A stretch of DNA of 64,000 nucleotides from an uncultured Planctomycetales bacterium (GTDB taxonomy: Bacteria > Omnitrophota > Gorgyraeia > Gygaellales > Profunditerraquicolaceae), in contig CAYRUB010000002.1 of the NCBI GenBank assembly GCA_964427405.1, positions 68,741-132,740 of the forward strand, in the 5' to 3' direction. Position numbers and translations under genes: made by a program. Positions 50,887 to 59,525 of this stretch are shown here, one piece after another. Position 1 is the first letter of the stretch. The number at the start of each line of letters is the position of its first letter. Below the pieces are notes generated by a model. That model searched no databases and was not told the origin of the DNA. It saw nothing but the letters and a program-made list of their open reading frames with translations.

Positions 50887-52341
50887 ATGACCGGCAATAT
50901 CCCATTAGAGAAAATTGATGATTATCGCTGGCGCATCCCCCGAAGCTATAAGCCGGGAATGCGCGTGCCCGGTTTAATTTATGCTGATGAGAAGTTATTG
51001 AAAGACATCTATCAGGACAAGGCCCTGGAACAGGTGGCTAATGTGGCTTTTTTGCCGGGGATAGTAGATAATTCTCTAGCTATGCCTGATATCCATTGGG
51101 GCTATGGTTTTCCTATCGGAGGAGTGGCGGCTACAGATATTGAAGAAGGCGGGGTTATTTCACCCGGAGGAGTAGGGTTTGATATAAATTGCGGGGTAAG
51201 ATTATTAAAAACTAATTTAGAATATGATGATCTTAAGAATAAGATTAAGGATTTAATTTATCGTTTATTTTCTGATGTTCCTTCCGGAGTCGGCTCGCAA
51301 GGTGATATAAGAGTCAGCTCTAAAGAAGAAAGAGAAATCTTATTAAAAGGCGCACGTTGGGCAGTGGAAAAGGGATTTGGAACAGAGGATGATCTTGATT
51401 GCACTGAAGAAAATGGAGCTATGCAGGGAGCAGACCCTCAGACAGTATCGGAGCGGGCCCTGCAGCGGGGCAAAACACAGTCTGGCACATTGGGGTCCGG
51501 AAATCATTTCTTAGAAGTTCAGGTAATTGACCAGCTTTATGACCGGGAGGCCTGCGATACTATGGGGCTTAATTTGGGCCAGGTGATGGTTGCGATCCAC
51601 TCCGGCTCCAGGGGCTTAGGTTATCAGATTTGTGAAGATTATTCGCGCGGCATGGTCGCAAGCCTGGGAAAATATAATATAAATGTGCCTGACCGGCAAC
51701 TTGCTTGTGCTCCGGTTACTTCTAATGAAGGTAAGGCGTATCTATCTGCGATGAAATGCGCGGCAAATTATGCCTGGTGCAACCGGCAGTGTTTGATGCA
51801 TTTAACCCGTCAGGTATTTGAGAAGATTTTTGGTTCTTCTTGGCAGAAACTGGGAATGTTTTTAATTTATGATGTTGCTCACAACATTGCCAAAATTGAA
51901 AAACATAAGGTTGGCGGCAAGGAAAAGAATCTCTGTGTACATCGCAAAGGCGCAACCCGGGCCTTTGGCCCTAACCATCCGGTCCTGCCTGAGAAATACA
52001 AGAAAATCGGCCAGCCGGTAATTATTCCTGGGGATATGGGCAGGAATTCGTATCTTTTGGTCGGGACGGAAAAAGCAATGCAGGAGACCTTTGGCAGCGC
52101 CTGCCATGGCGCCGGCCGTCTGAAATCACGTACCGCCGCCTTAAGATCCATTAACCCAGATATATTATTGAAAGAATTAGAATCTAAAGGTATAATAGTA
52201 AAAGCCTCAGGACGTAATACGCTGGTAGAGGAGGCGCCTTCGGTTTATAAAGATGTAAATGACGTGGTGGATGTAGTACATAATGCGGGGATTTCCAAAC
52301 GCGTCTGCAGAATGCGCCCGCTAGGAGTAGTTAAAGGTTAA
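50887..52341 (+). CDS. rtcB: RNA-splicing ligase RtcB (3'-phosphate/5'-OH RNA ligase)
   Basis: HWGYGFPIGGVAA, GSGNHF, and His-rich metal/GMP site (SACHGAGR). Confidence 0.9.
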   Translation: MTGNIPLEKIDDYRWRIPRSYKPGMRVPGLIYADEKLLKDIYQDKALEQVANVAFLPGIVDNSLAMPDIHWGYGFPIGGVAATDIEEGGVISPGGVGFDINCGVRLLKTNLEYDDLKNKIKDLIYRLFSDVPSGVGSQGDIRVSSKEEREILLKGARWAVEKGFGTEDDLDCTEENGAMQGADPQTVSERALQRGKTQSGTLGSGNHFLEVQVIDQLYDREACDTMGLNLGQVMVAIHSGSRGLGYQICEDYSRGMVASLGKYNINVPDRQLACAPVTSNEGKAYLSAMKCAANYAWCNRQCLMHLTRQVFEKIFGSSWQKLGMFLIYDVAHNIAKIEKHKVGGKEKNLCVHRKGATRAFGPNHPVLPEKYKKIGQPVIIPGDMGRNSYLLVGTEKAMQETFGSACHGAGRLKSRTAALRSINPDILLKELESKGIIVKASGRNTLVEEAPSVYKDVNDVVDVVHNAGISKRVCRMRPLGVVKG

Positions 52342-52344
52342 AAA

Positions 52345-53616
52345 ATGCTAGATATAAAATTCATTCGGGAAAATCAAGATTTAGTAAAGCAGGCAATGAA
52401 AGACCGGGCTTTAACGGTAGATATTGATAGCCTTGTTAAGATTGACGATAATCGTCGTAAAGCTTTAAGCGAGTTTGAGGAATTAGCAGCTAAGCGCAAT
52501 AAAGCCAATGATGAAATCAGCGTGTTGTTAAAAGAAAAAAAAGACGCGAAGAGCAAAATATTCTCAATGAAGGATATCTCAAAGCGTATTGGAGAGCTTG
52601 AGCCGCAAATAAAAAAGCAGGAAGTAGAATTAAATAAGCTGCTTCTAAGCATTCCCAATGTTCCGCATGCCTCTTTGCCGGTAGGAGATGCTTCCTGTAA
52701 TAAGGTTGTGCGTAGCTGGGGGGAGCCGAGGAAGTTTGATTTTAAGCCGCTTAGCCATATTGAGCTTTGCCAGGACTTAGATATCGTAGACTTTAACCGG
52801 GCTACTAAAATTACCGGTTCGAATTTTATCCTTTTCAAGGGTTGGGGGGCAAAACTTGAGCGCGCTTTAATTAATTTTATGCTTGATTTGCATACCAGCA
52901 AACATGGTTATACTGAAATATTCCCGCCGTTTCTGGTTAATCGCGCCTCTATGCTTGGCACTGGCCAGCTTCCCAAGTTGGAAGAAGATATGTATAAGCT
53001 TAAAGATGATGATCTTTTTCTTATTCCTACCGCAGAAGTACCGGTTACCAATATTTTCCGTGATGAAATTATAGATGAAGATAAACTGCCTATTTATTAT
53101 ACTGCCTATACAGCTTGTTTTAGGAGAGAGGCAGGCTCGTATGGTAAAGATACCAAAGGTTTGATCCGCGTGCATGAATTTGATAAGGTAGAGATGGTTA
53201 AATTTGTTAAGCCTGAAGACTCTTATGATGAGCTGGAAAAACTGGTAGTTAATGCAGAAGAGGTGTTGCAGCTTTTAGAGCTGCCTTATCGGCTGCTATT
53301 GCTTTCTACGCAAGATATAAGTTTTTCTGCCAGCAAATGCTATGACCTTGAGGCTTATACTGCAGGTGTAGATAAATGGCTTGAAGTATCCAGCTGTAGC
53401 AACTTTGAAAGTTTCCAGGCCCGTCGGGCAAATATAAGGATGCGCCGCAAAGAAAGTAAAAAGATAGATTTTGTGCATACTTTGAACGGTTCAGGTATTG
53501 CTTTAGCGCGCACGGTGGTAGCGATTTTAGAGAATTACCAACAGGAGGACGGCTCGGTTTTAATCCCTAAAGCCCTGCAGCCGTATTTAAATGGCCAAGA
53601 AAGAATTACCCGATAA
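52345..53616 (+). CDS. serS: Seryl-tRNA synthetase
   Basis: [15 protein letters not shown]-terminal coiled-coil arm, class II motifs ([31 protein letters not shown]). Confidence 0.9.
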   Translation: MLDIKFIRENQDLVKQAMKDRALTVDIDSLVKIDDNRRKALSEFEELAAKRNKANDEISVLLKEKKDAKSKIFSMKDISKRIGELEPQIKKQEVELNKLLLSIPNVPHASLPVGDASCNKVVRSWGEPRKFDFKPLSHIELCQDLDIVDFNRATKITGSNFILFKGWGAKLERALINFMLDLHTSKHGYTEIFPPFLVNRASMLGTGQLPKLEEDMYKLKDDDLFLIPTAEVPVTNIFRDEIIDEDKLPIYYTAYTACFRREAGSYGKDTKGLIRVHEFDKVEMVKFVKPEDSYDELEKLVVNAEEVLQLLELPYRLLLLSTQDISFSASKCYDLEAYTAGVDKWLEVSSCSNFESFQARRANIRMRRKESKKIDFVHTLNGSGIALARTVVAILENYQQEDGSVLIPKALQPYLNGQERITR

Positions 53617-54298
53617 GAAATTACTCAAAGATAGCCCTTTATCAAGGGAACCTGCCGGTATCTCCGGAGATTTCTCCAGCAAGATATCTGGTCTATCCAG
53701 CAAGGCCTTTGGAATAATCAAATTTATTTTAGGTTTAGTTCTTTTGCCGTTTGTTTTCTCGACTGCAGTATCTTTTTTAAATGAGTTTGGCCTGGTGAAC
53801 AGGAATTTACAGACAATATTCTGGAGCGGGGCAATTAGTTTTTTGGTGATCTATCTATTTATTTGGGAACCGGCGTTAATTTACAATAAAGGCCACAAGC
53901 TGCTGGAGATTATGTTTAGTTTCTTTAAGCCCATGGTTAATGTAGCGCCTTTTCTTCTGCCTATATACGTGATCTTAGCATTTATTATTTACGGGTTGTT
54001 GTCGCTGGCAATCAAATCCAGCTGGTTGATTGAATATACGCTTTTTTTGGTTGGTTTTGCCGCTGTTTTACACCTGGTGTTTTCAGCTAAAACCATCCGT
54101 ACTAAGAAGGGTGATTTTTTAAAGGGAAATTACATATTTGGATTTTCCTTTATTTTTATCCTGAACCTTGCTTTGCTTGCCATGGGCTTTAGCCTGATTT
54201 TTAAGGAGTTCTCATTTGTTAATTTCTGCAATATTTCTTTTGGTATAGCCAGTAAAATATTTTACGCTGTTTTTAAACAGCTTTTTATATTTGGTTGA
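53591..54298 (+). CDS. Hypothetical polytopic membrane protein
   Basis: About 6 hydrophobic helices and no recognisable motif. 26-nt overlap with serS, so the start is uncertain. Confidence 0.4.
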   Translation: MAKKELPDKKLLKDSPLSREPAGISGDFSSKISGLSSKAFGIIKFILGLVLLPFVFSTAVSFLNEFGLVNRNLQTIFWSGAISFLVIYLFIWEPALIYNKGHKLLEIMFSFFKPMVNVAPFLLPIYVILAFIIYGLLSLAIKSSWLIEYTLFLVGFAAVLHLVFSAKTIRTKKGDFLKGNYIFGFSFIFILNLALLAMGFSLIFKEFSFVNFCNISFGIASKIFYAVFKQLFIFG

Positions 54299-54322
54299 GA
54301 ATAGGCCATAATCAGGAGAGCT

Positions 54323-54411
54323 GGAGAGGTCGCATAGCTGGTTGATTGCACCGGTCTTGAAAACCGGAAGGGGACTTGTTCCCCTCGCGAGTTCGAATCT
54401 CGCCCTCTCCG
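54323..54411 (+). tRNA. tRNA-Ser (TGA)
   Basis: Acceptor GGAGAGG/CCTCTCC, anticodon stem CCGGT/ACCGG with loop CTTGAAA, long variable arm, T-arm GCGAG-TTCGAAT-CTCGC, discriminator G. Confidence 0.85.
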
Positions 54412-54424
54412 TTTATTTTTTAAT

Positions 54425-55471
54425 ATGATAGGTGCTATGGCAGAGCGGATTAGAAATAGAAGGGCAAAGTTTCCGGAAGGCAAACAAAGATTGTTTATCT
54501 CAAGCGTTAATAAAAAATTAGGCGTGAGCCGGGATAAGCTATCTGAAATTTTCAATATAAACAGGCGTACATTAAGCGATTGGTGCAGAGAGAAATCCTC
54601 TATGAATTATAAGGTTCTTTTAGATTTGCAAACAAATTATAATATATCAATTCCAAAAGAAATCAAGATTTTACCGCAATTTTGGTACGTTAATAGAGCG
54701 GCTAAACTTGGAGCATTGATGCGGAATAAGCTTTATGGAAACTTTGGTACCCCCGAAGGTAGGCGAAAGGGTGGGCTTACTACGATAAGAAAGTTTATGC
54801 ATAGGCCTAAGTTAGCTAAGAAATTGGGGCTAAGAGTTATTAAAGATATAAAACGTCCTAAAAGTGGCTTGCAATTGTCTGAATTTGTAGGTATAGTATT
54901 GGGCGATGGAGGCTTGACAGATTATCAGCTAAGAATTACTTTTAATAGAGACACAGACGCTGAGTATGCGGATTTTGTGAAAGAGTTGATAAAAAAACTT
55001 TTTAAACTAGCGCCAAGAATAATTCACAAAAAGTCGGATAAGGGAAGTGATATTGCGGTTTATAGTAAGAACTTAGTGGAGTTTTTAGAGAGTCGCGGCT
55101 TAAAAAGAGGGAATAAAGTTAGAAATAAAGTAGATATTCCCCGCTGGATAAAGAAAAACAAAAGATTCCAATTGTCTTGTTTGCGCGGCCTGATGGATAC
55201 TGATGGTTCTTGTTATGCCTATTCGCATAACGTCAATAAGAAGAGATATCGTAATGTTGCGCTTTGTTTTACCAATGCTTCGGAAGCTTTATTAAAAAGT
55301 GTTTACCATATCTTTGATAGTGGTGGATATTATCCTCGTATGACCGGCAGGCGGGTTTATGTATACGGAGAAAACGAGATTAATAAATATTTTCAAAAAG
55401 TAGGCTCGCATAATTATAAGTATTTGGAAAATTATAGAAGATTCAGATCTTTGAAAGGTAAAGAAACCTAA
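54425..55471 (+). CDS. Free-standing LAGLIDADG-family homing-endonuclease-like protein (two LAGLIDADG motifs) with N-terminal HTH-like domain
   Basis: Two dodecapeptide motifs, FVGIVLGDGGL and LRGLMDTDGSC, about 100 aa apart, as in single-chain LAGLIDADG enzymes. N-terminal basic/HTH-like region (RRTLSDWCREK). The gene sits between two tRNA-Ser genes. Confidence 0.65.
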   Translation: MIGAMAERIRNRRAKFPEGKQRLFISSVNKKLGVSRDKLSEIFNINRRTLSDWCREKSSMNYKVLLDLQTNYNISIPKEIKILPQFWYVNRAAKLGALMRNKLYGNFGTPEGRRKGGLTTIRKFMHRPKLAKKLGLRVIKDIKRPKSGLQLSEFVGIVLGDGGLTDYQLRITFNRDTDAEYADFVKELIKKLFKLAPRIIHKKSDKGSDIAVYSKNLVEFLESRGLKRGNKVRNKVDIPRWIKKNKRFQLSCLRGLMDTDGSCYAYSHNVNKKRYRNVALCFTNASEALLKSVYHIFDSGGYYPRMTGRRVYVYGENEINKYFQKVGSHNYKYLENYRRFRSLKGKET

Positions 55472-55486
55472 TTTTTGGAGGCGTCG

Positions 55487-55567
55487 CATAGCTGGTTGAG
55501 TGCACCGGTTTCGAAAACCGGAATGGTCGTAAGGCCATCGGAGGTTCGAACCCTCCCGCCTCCGCCA
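55487..55567 (+). tRNA. tRNA-Ser (CGA), CCA encoded
   Basis: Acceptor GGAGGCG/CGCCTCC, anticodon loop TTCGAAA, long variable arm, T-arm GGAGG-TTCGAAC-CCTCC, discriminator G plus CCA. Confidence 0.85.
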
Positions 55568-55626
55568 TAAACATTTTGGTGTGGAACAAATCCTCCCGTT
55601 TCCGATGGAATCTTTTTATGGTGCTA

Positions 55627-55651
55627 CAGGAGGGGCTGTTCCTGATTTTTT
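55627..55651 (+). terminator. Rho-independent terminator after tRNA-Ser(CGA)
   Basis: CAGGA-GGGGCTGT-TCCTG hairpin followed by ATTTTTT. Confidence 0.5.
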
Positions 55652-55677
55652 GAATTATTTGAGGAAGTAGGTAATAT

Positions 55678-56823
55678 TTGGCTTGCTTGAACATTAAGCA
55701 AAAATCCTGTTGTTTGCTCGCACTTTTCTTCCTATCCTTCATTTTTTCTCCCCTATTCGCCCAGGACTTTTCACCCGCGCAAGTAAGAGACATTTCAGAC
55801 CGCGCCTACGAACCGGCAGTGATTGAGCTCTTGGATCAGGCTAAAGAGTCTATTACTATTTCCATGTATAACATCAGCTTGGGCGTAAAGGAAAGGAATC
55901 CGGTAACCTTTCTTCTCCAGGATTTAATGGAAGCCCGCCAACGCGATGTCGCGGTTACATTTTACCTGAACACCAACTTCAGGGAAATTGATAAAGAGCC
56001 CCATCAGCTTATCAGGAGCCCATTCTTTAAGAAATTAGCGGATGCCGGATGCATTTTTCATCTCTTGCCTTCGCGCCTGCGCCTTCACGATAAACTTATC
56101 ATAGTGGATAGCCGTTTCGTGGTTGAGGGAAGCACAAATTGGTCCATCTCTGCCTTAAAGAGCAATCGCGAATCCGCCACACTGATAGATTCCCCTGGAC
56201 TTGCCGGAATAAAGTTATCGCGGCTTAAAGCTCTGCCATTAACCACCAAGCCAAAAGAAAAAGAGCCCCGCAGGGCATTATATCTGGAAACCCTGCCCGA
56301 CAGCATAGTTATCCCCGTGATTCTTCTCCTTGACGAGCGTTATTTTCCCAAAATGTTTACCAGCCAGGATTCCCGCAGTATGGATCTTTATCTACTGCTT
56401 CTATCCCATAGCCAGGTTGAGGGAAAATCAGGTTTCTTCGTTGAGTTGGAGAGTATGGCCCTTAGCCTGAATATGCCTGTTTCCTGGTTTGATTTTGGGC
56501 TTAGGCGCCAGGTAATCAGGAGCCTTAAAAAATTAGAGGATAATTACGGCTTGCTGCGCGTTAAATTTTTCCATAGTAAGGATGCCTGGGTTGAGCTTGT
56601 AAATTTTCCTCAAGAGCCCTTTAGCGCAAATTCTAAACTTATCACTAACCAAAAAATATCTTATCGCCTGAAATTCCTGCTTATGATAAAATCCCTGCTT
56701 GAATCGCAGGGAGAAGATTTGCATTCCATATCCAAACAGGAGATTGCCAGGCGTTTCCATATCCATCCTTGGACTGTAGGCGAAGCCTTCAAAGAGCTAA
56801 AACAATACGAAAAAGGCAGTTAA
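55678..56823 (+). CDS. Secreted phospholipase D-like (single HKD motif, Nuc-like) protein with uncharacterised C-terminal domain
   Basis: Signal peptide LALFFLSFIFSPLFAQD. HKD motif HDKLIIVDSRFVVEGSTNWS (HxKx4Dx6GSxN). About 180-aa C-terminal extension without recognisable motifs. Confidence 0.65.
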   Translation: MACLNIKQKSCCLLALFFLSFIFSPLFAQDFSPAQVRDISDRAYEPAVIELLDQAKESITISMYNISLGVKERNPVTFLLQDLMEARQRDVAVTFYLNTNFREIDKEPHQLIRSPFFKKLADAGCIFHLLPSRLRLHDKLIIVDSRFVVEGSTNWSISALKSNRESATLIDSPGLAGIKLSRLKALPLTTKPKEKEPRRALYLETLPDSIVIPVILLLDERYFPKMFTSQDSRSMDLYLLLLSHSQVEGKSGFFVELESMALSLNMPVSWFDFGLRRQVIRSLKKLEDNYGLLRVKFFHSKDAWVELVNFPQEPFSANSKLITNQKISYRLKFLLMIKSLLESQGEDLHSISKQEIARRFHIHPWTVGEAFKELKQYEKGS

Positions 56824-56886
56824 ATGTAATTCCATTATCTTTTTAGTTAATTTTTGATATAATGGGATTCGCTGTAATAGCCGCAA

Positions 56887-58419
56887 TTATTCTACTAAAT
56901 TTTGGAGAGGTGGCAGAGTGGTCGAATGCGCACGCCTGGAGAGCGTGTGACCCGCAAGGGTTCCAGGGTTCGAATCCCTGCCTCTCCGCCAACAAGGATA
57001 GGGCGCTGCTTCAAACAGGGGACGGAAGGTGCCTTCCGTCGAAAAATTGAGGCGGCGCTCTTTTAAAATAAAGTTCGAACCAATCTTTTCCAGAAATTCT
57101 TTCTGGGATTCTAAATTTCCCTCTTCAATCGCGCAACGGGCTCTATTTAAAGAAGTTACAAGTTCTTTGGCCGGTTCGAACCAATTATTTGCCCCAGCAG
57201 CAAAATCCTGCATAGATTCCTGCAATTCCTTCTTATCGTTAATAAAAGCTTCCTTCTTAGCCTGATATTCTTCAAGCGTCAGAGTGCCTTCAAGGTAAAC
57301 ATCAATAAGCTTATTAATCTTAGTTTCAATCGTCTTAACCTTAACTTCAAGATTTTGCTGCTGGGGCAACGATGATTGGACACCGCTATTTCTGTCTTTT
57401 TCTAACTCTTCTAAAATCTTCTTTGTCCAATCATCGCACAAAGAAACTTTTTGAATGAAGGATTTGATCTGCGCGGCAAGCGCTTCTTCACGCACATACT
57501 TCTGATTGCAATTTGTAAGGCGCTTGGTGCAGCGGTAATAAGTATGTCCTTTTTGGATTTCAGCGGTTATTGACCTTCCGCATTCACCGCAACGCATTAG
57601 CCCCCTGAAAACAAATTTAAATTCTTCTTTCTTGGGCTTGCCGCGCCTAAGCATTACTTCCTGACACTTATCAAAAAGTTTCTTTGTGATAATTGGTTCG
57701 TGTGTACCTTCATACATCTCGCCTTTATAGCGAAATACGCCGTAGTAGAGAGGATTTTGCAGCATAAACTGGTAGTCGCTAACAGATAAAGGCTTATCTT
57801 TTCTGCCGGTCATACCAAGGGTGTTTATCTTACGGCGTATTTCGCTAAGAGGATAAGAGCCCGTTGCGTAGATTTCAAAAGCTTTCCTGATGAAAGGAGC
57901 TTTGCCCTCATCCAAGATAATCGCGCGGGTCTTGCGGTCGTTAAGGTATCCAACAGGCGCCCATTGAGGCCAGATACCTTTGCTTAACTTGAGGCGGATG
58001 CCACGCCTGATATTCTCTGAAAGGGCATCTATATAATACTTACTCTGCCCGAAAGCGATAGAGAGCATAAACTTACCTTGGGCGTTATTATCAAGGCGGT
58101 AGGTAGGAAACTTCAAGTCTTTAATTAAGCCACGATCCAAAAGGTAGATGATGCGCCCGCCGTCTATGGAATTGCGCGCCAATCTATCCGGGTGCCAAGC
58201 CATTATTCCTTCGGCTTCACCTTTTTCGATAGCTTTAATCATATCGTTAAAAAGCAACCGCCCGGGCTCTTTGGCAGTTTTCGCTTCAACTAATTCCTTA
58301 TAAACAAAAAGATTCTCCCGCTTGGCAAAGGCGCGCAATTCCACAAGCTGGGCCTCAATGGATAATATTTGTCTGTCATCATCATCGGTGGACTTTCGGG
58401 CATAGATAAAGTAACGCAT
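56887..58419 (-). CDS. Large serine recombinase (resolvase/invertase N-domain, recombinase domain, zinc ribbon, coiled coil)
   Basis: Catalytic N-terminus MRYFIYARKSTDDDDRQILSIEAQ (the Ser of ARKST), recombinase domain, zinc-ribbon Cys cluster (CGECGRS...YYRC), and coiled coil. The last ~60 codons lie antisense over IR-L and tRNA-Ser(GGA), so the true C-terminus is uncertain. Confidence 0.85.
   Translation of the reverse strand: MRYFIYARKSTDDDDRQILSIEAQLVELRAFAKRENLFVYKELVEAKTAKEPGRLLFNDMIKAIEKGEAEGIMAWHPDRLARNSIDGGRIIYLLDRGLIKDLKFPTYRLDNNAQGKFMLSIAFGQSKYYIDALSENIRRGIRLKLSKGIWPQWAPVGYLNDRKTRAIILDEGKAPFIRKAFEIYATGSYPLSEIRRKINTLGMTGRKDKPLSVSDYQFMLQNPLYYGVFRYKGEMYEGTHEPIITKKLFDKCQEVMLRRGKPKKEEFKFVFRGLMRCGECGRSITAEIQKGHTYYRCTKRLTNCNQKYVREEALAAQIKSFIQKVSLCDDWTKKILEELEKDRNSGVQSSLPQQQNLEVKVKTIETKINKLIDVYLEGTLTLEEYQAKKEAFINDKKELQESMQDFAAGANNWFEPAKELVTSLNRARCAIEEGNLESQKEFLEKIGSNFILKERRLNFSTEGTFRPLFEAAPYPCWRRGRDSNPGTLAGHTLSRRAHSTTLPPLQNLVE
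56904..56991 (+). tRNA. tRNA-Ser (GGA), CCA encoded
   Basis: Acceptor GGAGAGG/CCTCTCC, anticodon stem CACGC/GCGTG with loop CTGGAGA, long variable arm, T-arm CAGGG-TTCGAAT-CCCTG, then G-CCA. Confidence 0.85.
56986..57076. repeat. IR-L: left copy of a perfect 91-bp inverted repeat, beginning inside the CCGCCA 3' end of tRNA-Ser(GGA)
   Basis: Sequence 56986-57076 is the exact reverse complement of 58527-58617 (91/91 by manual alignment). Confidence 0.85.
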
Positions 58420-58526
58420 AGGGCAAAGCTCCTTTCTCCCAAATAGGGAAGAGGGAAATTTAGAATCCGTGCTTTTTATTTTGGGCCTCCATTACCCAAA
58501 ATAAAAAGTACAAAAAGATTGGTGAA

Positions 58527-58617
58527 GAACTTTATTTTAAAAGAGCGCCGCCTCAATTTTTCGACGGAAGGCACCTTCCGTCCCCTGTTTGAAGCAGCGC
58601 CCTATCCTTGTTGGCGG
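58527..58617. repeat. IR-R: right copy of the 91-bp inverted repeat, about 105 nt upstream of the recombinase start
   Basis: Reverse complement of 56986-57076. The outer flank of IR-R continues with GGTGGTTCTTTGATACTGTTCGAAC, a partial tRNA-3'-end-like sequence (GTTCGAA...CACCGCCA) in inverse orientation. Confidence 0.85.
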
Positions 58618-59255
58618 TGGTTCTTTGATACTGTTCGAACGATCTTTGTTTAATCCACCGCGCCTGTCGGCGCTCCCACATCTCCCGTGCACCGTTCCCC
58701 CTCGCTGGGGCTCGGGGTCACTTGGCGGCCGCCTGGGCCGGCGGCCTTCTTGCTAATGCAATGCGTGTGCGGCGCAGCTGGATGCTGCAGCCGGGTGGGG
58801 GCGGCTGCAGCATCCAGCGTCCTCACCGAGCAATTATTATAAGTAAAAACCAAAGTTTATAAGGGTTCGGCCGCTATGCCGCTATTACTTCCTAAAACCT
58901 ACACAAACGCGGCAATGCCGCGCCTCTTGCGTTCAACACTTTAAAGCAGACTGGCAAAATTTTGGTGCGGGCAAAATTTTGCCTGACCTATCCTTTTAGG
59001 CCAAAGCATAGAAGAGAAAGAACATCTACTTGAGCATTTCAATTATAAAGAATATAACAAATAAAATTAAAGATATGATGATCCCAGCTGCAATTTTCTC
59101 TTCATAGAATTTAAAATACCTCTCCATATTATTCTCTCCAAAGAATGGAAATTGGTTTGAAAAGCGCGTTTTTTAGTGGTAGAATACGCCTATTGGTATC
59201 CTTAAATTAGCTATCATTATGTTAATACTATTATAATATATAGTCAAGAGAAAAC

Positions 59256-59453
59256 ATGCTAGCAAAAAGAGTAAAAGAGTTTCGAAAAAAGAAGGGTTGG
59301 ACTCAACAGAAATTAGCTGAGAAAACAGGCCTCTCTTTTAATACGATTACTAAGATTGAGCAAGGGATTGGAGATTCTCCTACTTTGAAAACTTTGATTA
59401 AGTTAGCGGATGCTTTAGGTATCGGTTTAGACGAATTGGCCGGTCGTTCTTAA
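59256..59453 (+). CDS. XRE-family (Cro/C1-type) HTH regulator, possible C-protein of the adjacent RM system
   Basis: The 65-aa product WTQQKLAEKTGLSFNTITKIEQG is the HTH_3 signature. Located about 60 nt upstream of mod. Confidence 0.75.
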   Translation: MLAKRVKEFRKKKGWTQQKLAEKTGLSFNTITKIEQGIGDSPTLKTLIKLADALGIGLDELAGRS

Positions 59454-59525
59454 AGTATAAAAAATAATAGAAACGGTCATATTGCTCGTTACTGGAAACA
59501 ATAAGGAAGATTGAAAGGTAGAAGT

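Larger units (their letters stand above)
56986..58617. mobile_element. Putative invertible or IS-like cassette: serine recombinase gene bounded by 91-bp perfect inverted repeats at a tRNA-Ser 3' end
   Basis: A recombinase gene enclosed by long perfect IRs, abutting a tRNA gene, followed by a GC-rich foreign-looking patch and an RM system. Confidence 0.5.

Noticed and set aside
54262-54555. 97-aa minus-strand ORF
   Set aside because: Antisense to tRNA-Ser(TGA) and the start of the LAGLIDADG gene. The peptide (...RGEQVPFRFSRPVQSTSYATSPA) is the classic spurious translation of a tRNA-Ser.
55443-55793. 116-aa minus-strand ORF
   Set aside because: Antisense across tRNA-Ser(CGA) and the PLD gene start, with the same tRNA-derived peptide signature (GGFEPPMALRPFRFSKPVHSTSYATPPK).
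56862-57050. 62-aa + strand ORF
   Set aside because: It overlaps tRNA-Ser(GGA) and IR-L. There is no RBS and the composition is that of the tRNA/IR sequence.
58650-58853. 67-aa minus-strand ORF in the GC-rich patch
   Set aside because: Low-complexity Ala/Pro/Gly-rich translation from a GC-rich, palindrome-containing segment. There is no RBS, and the region is more likely a structured or non-coding recombination site.
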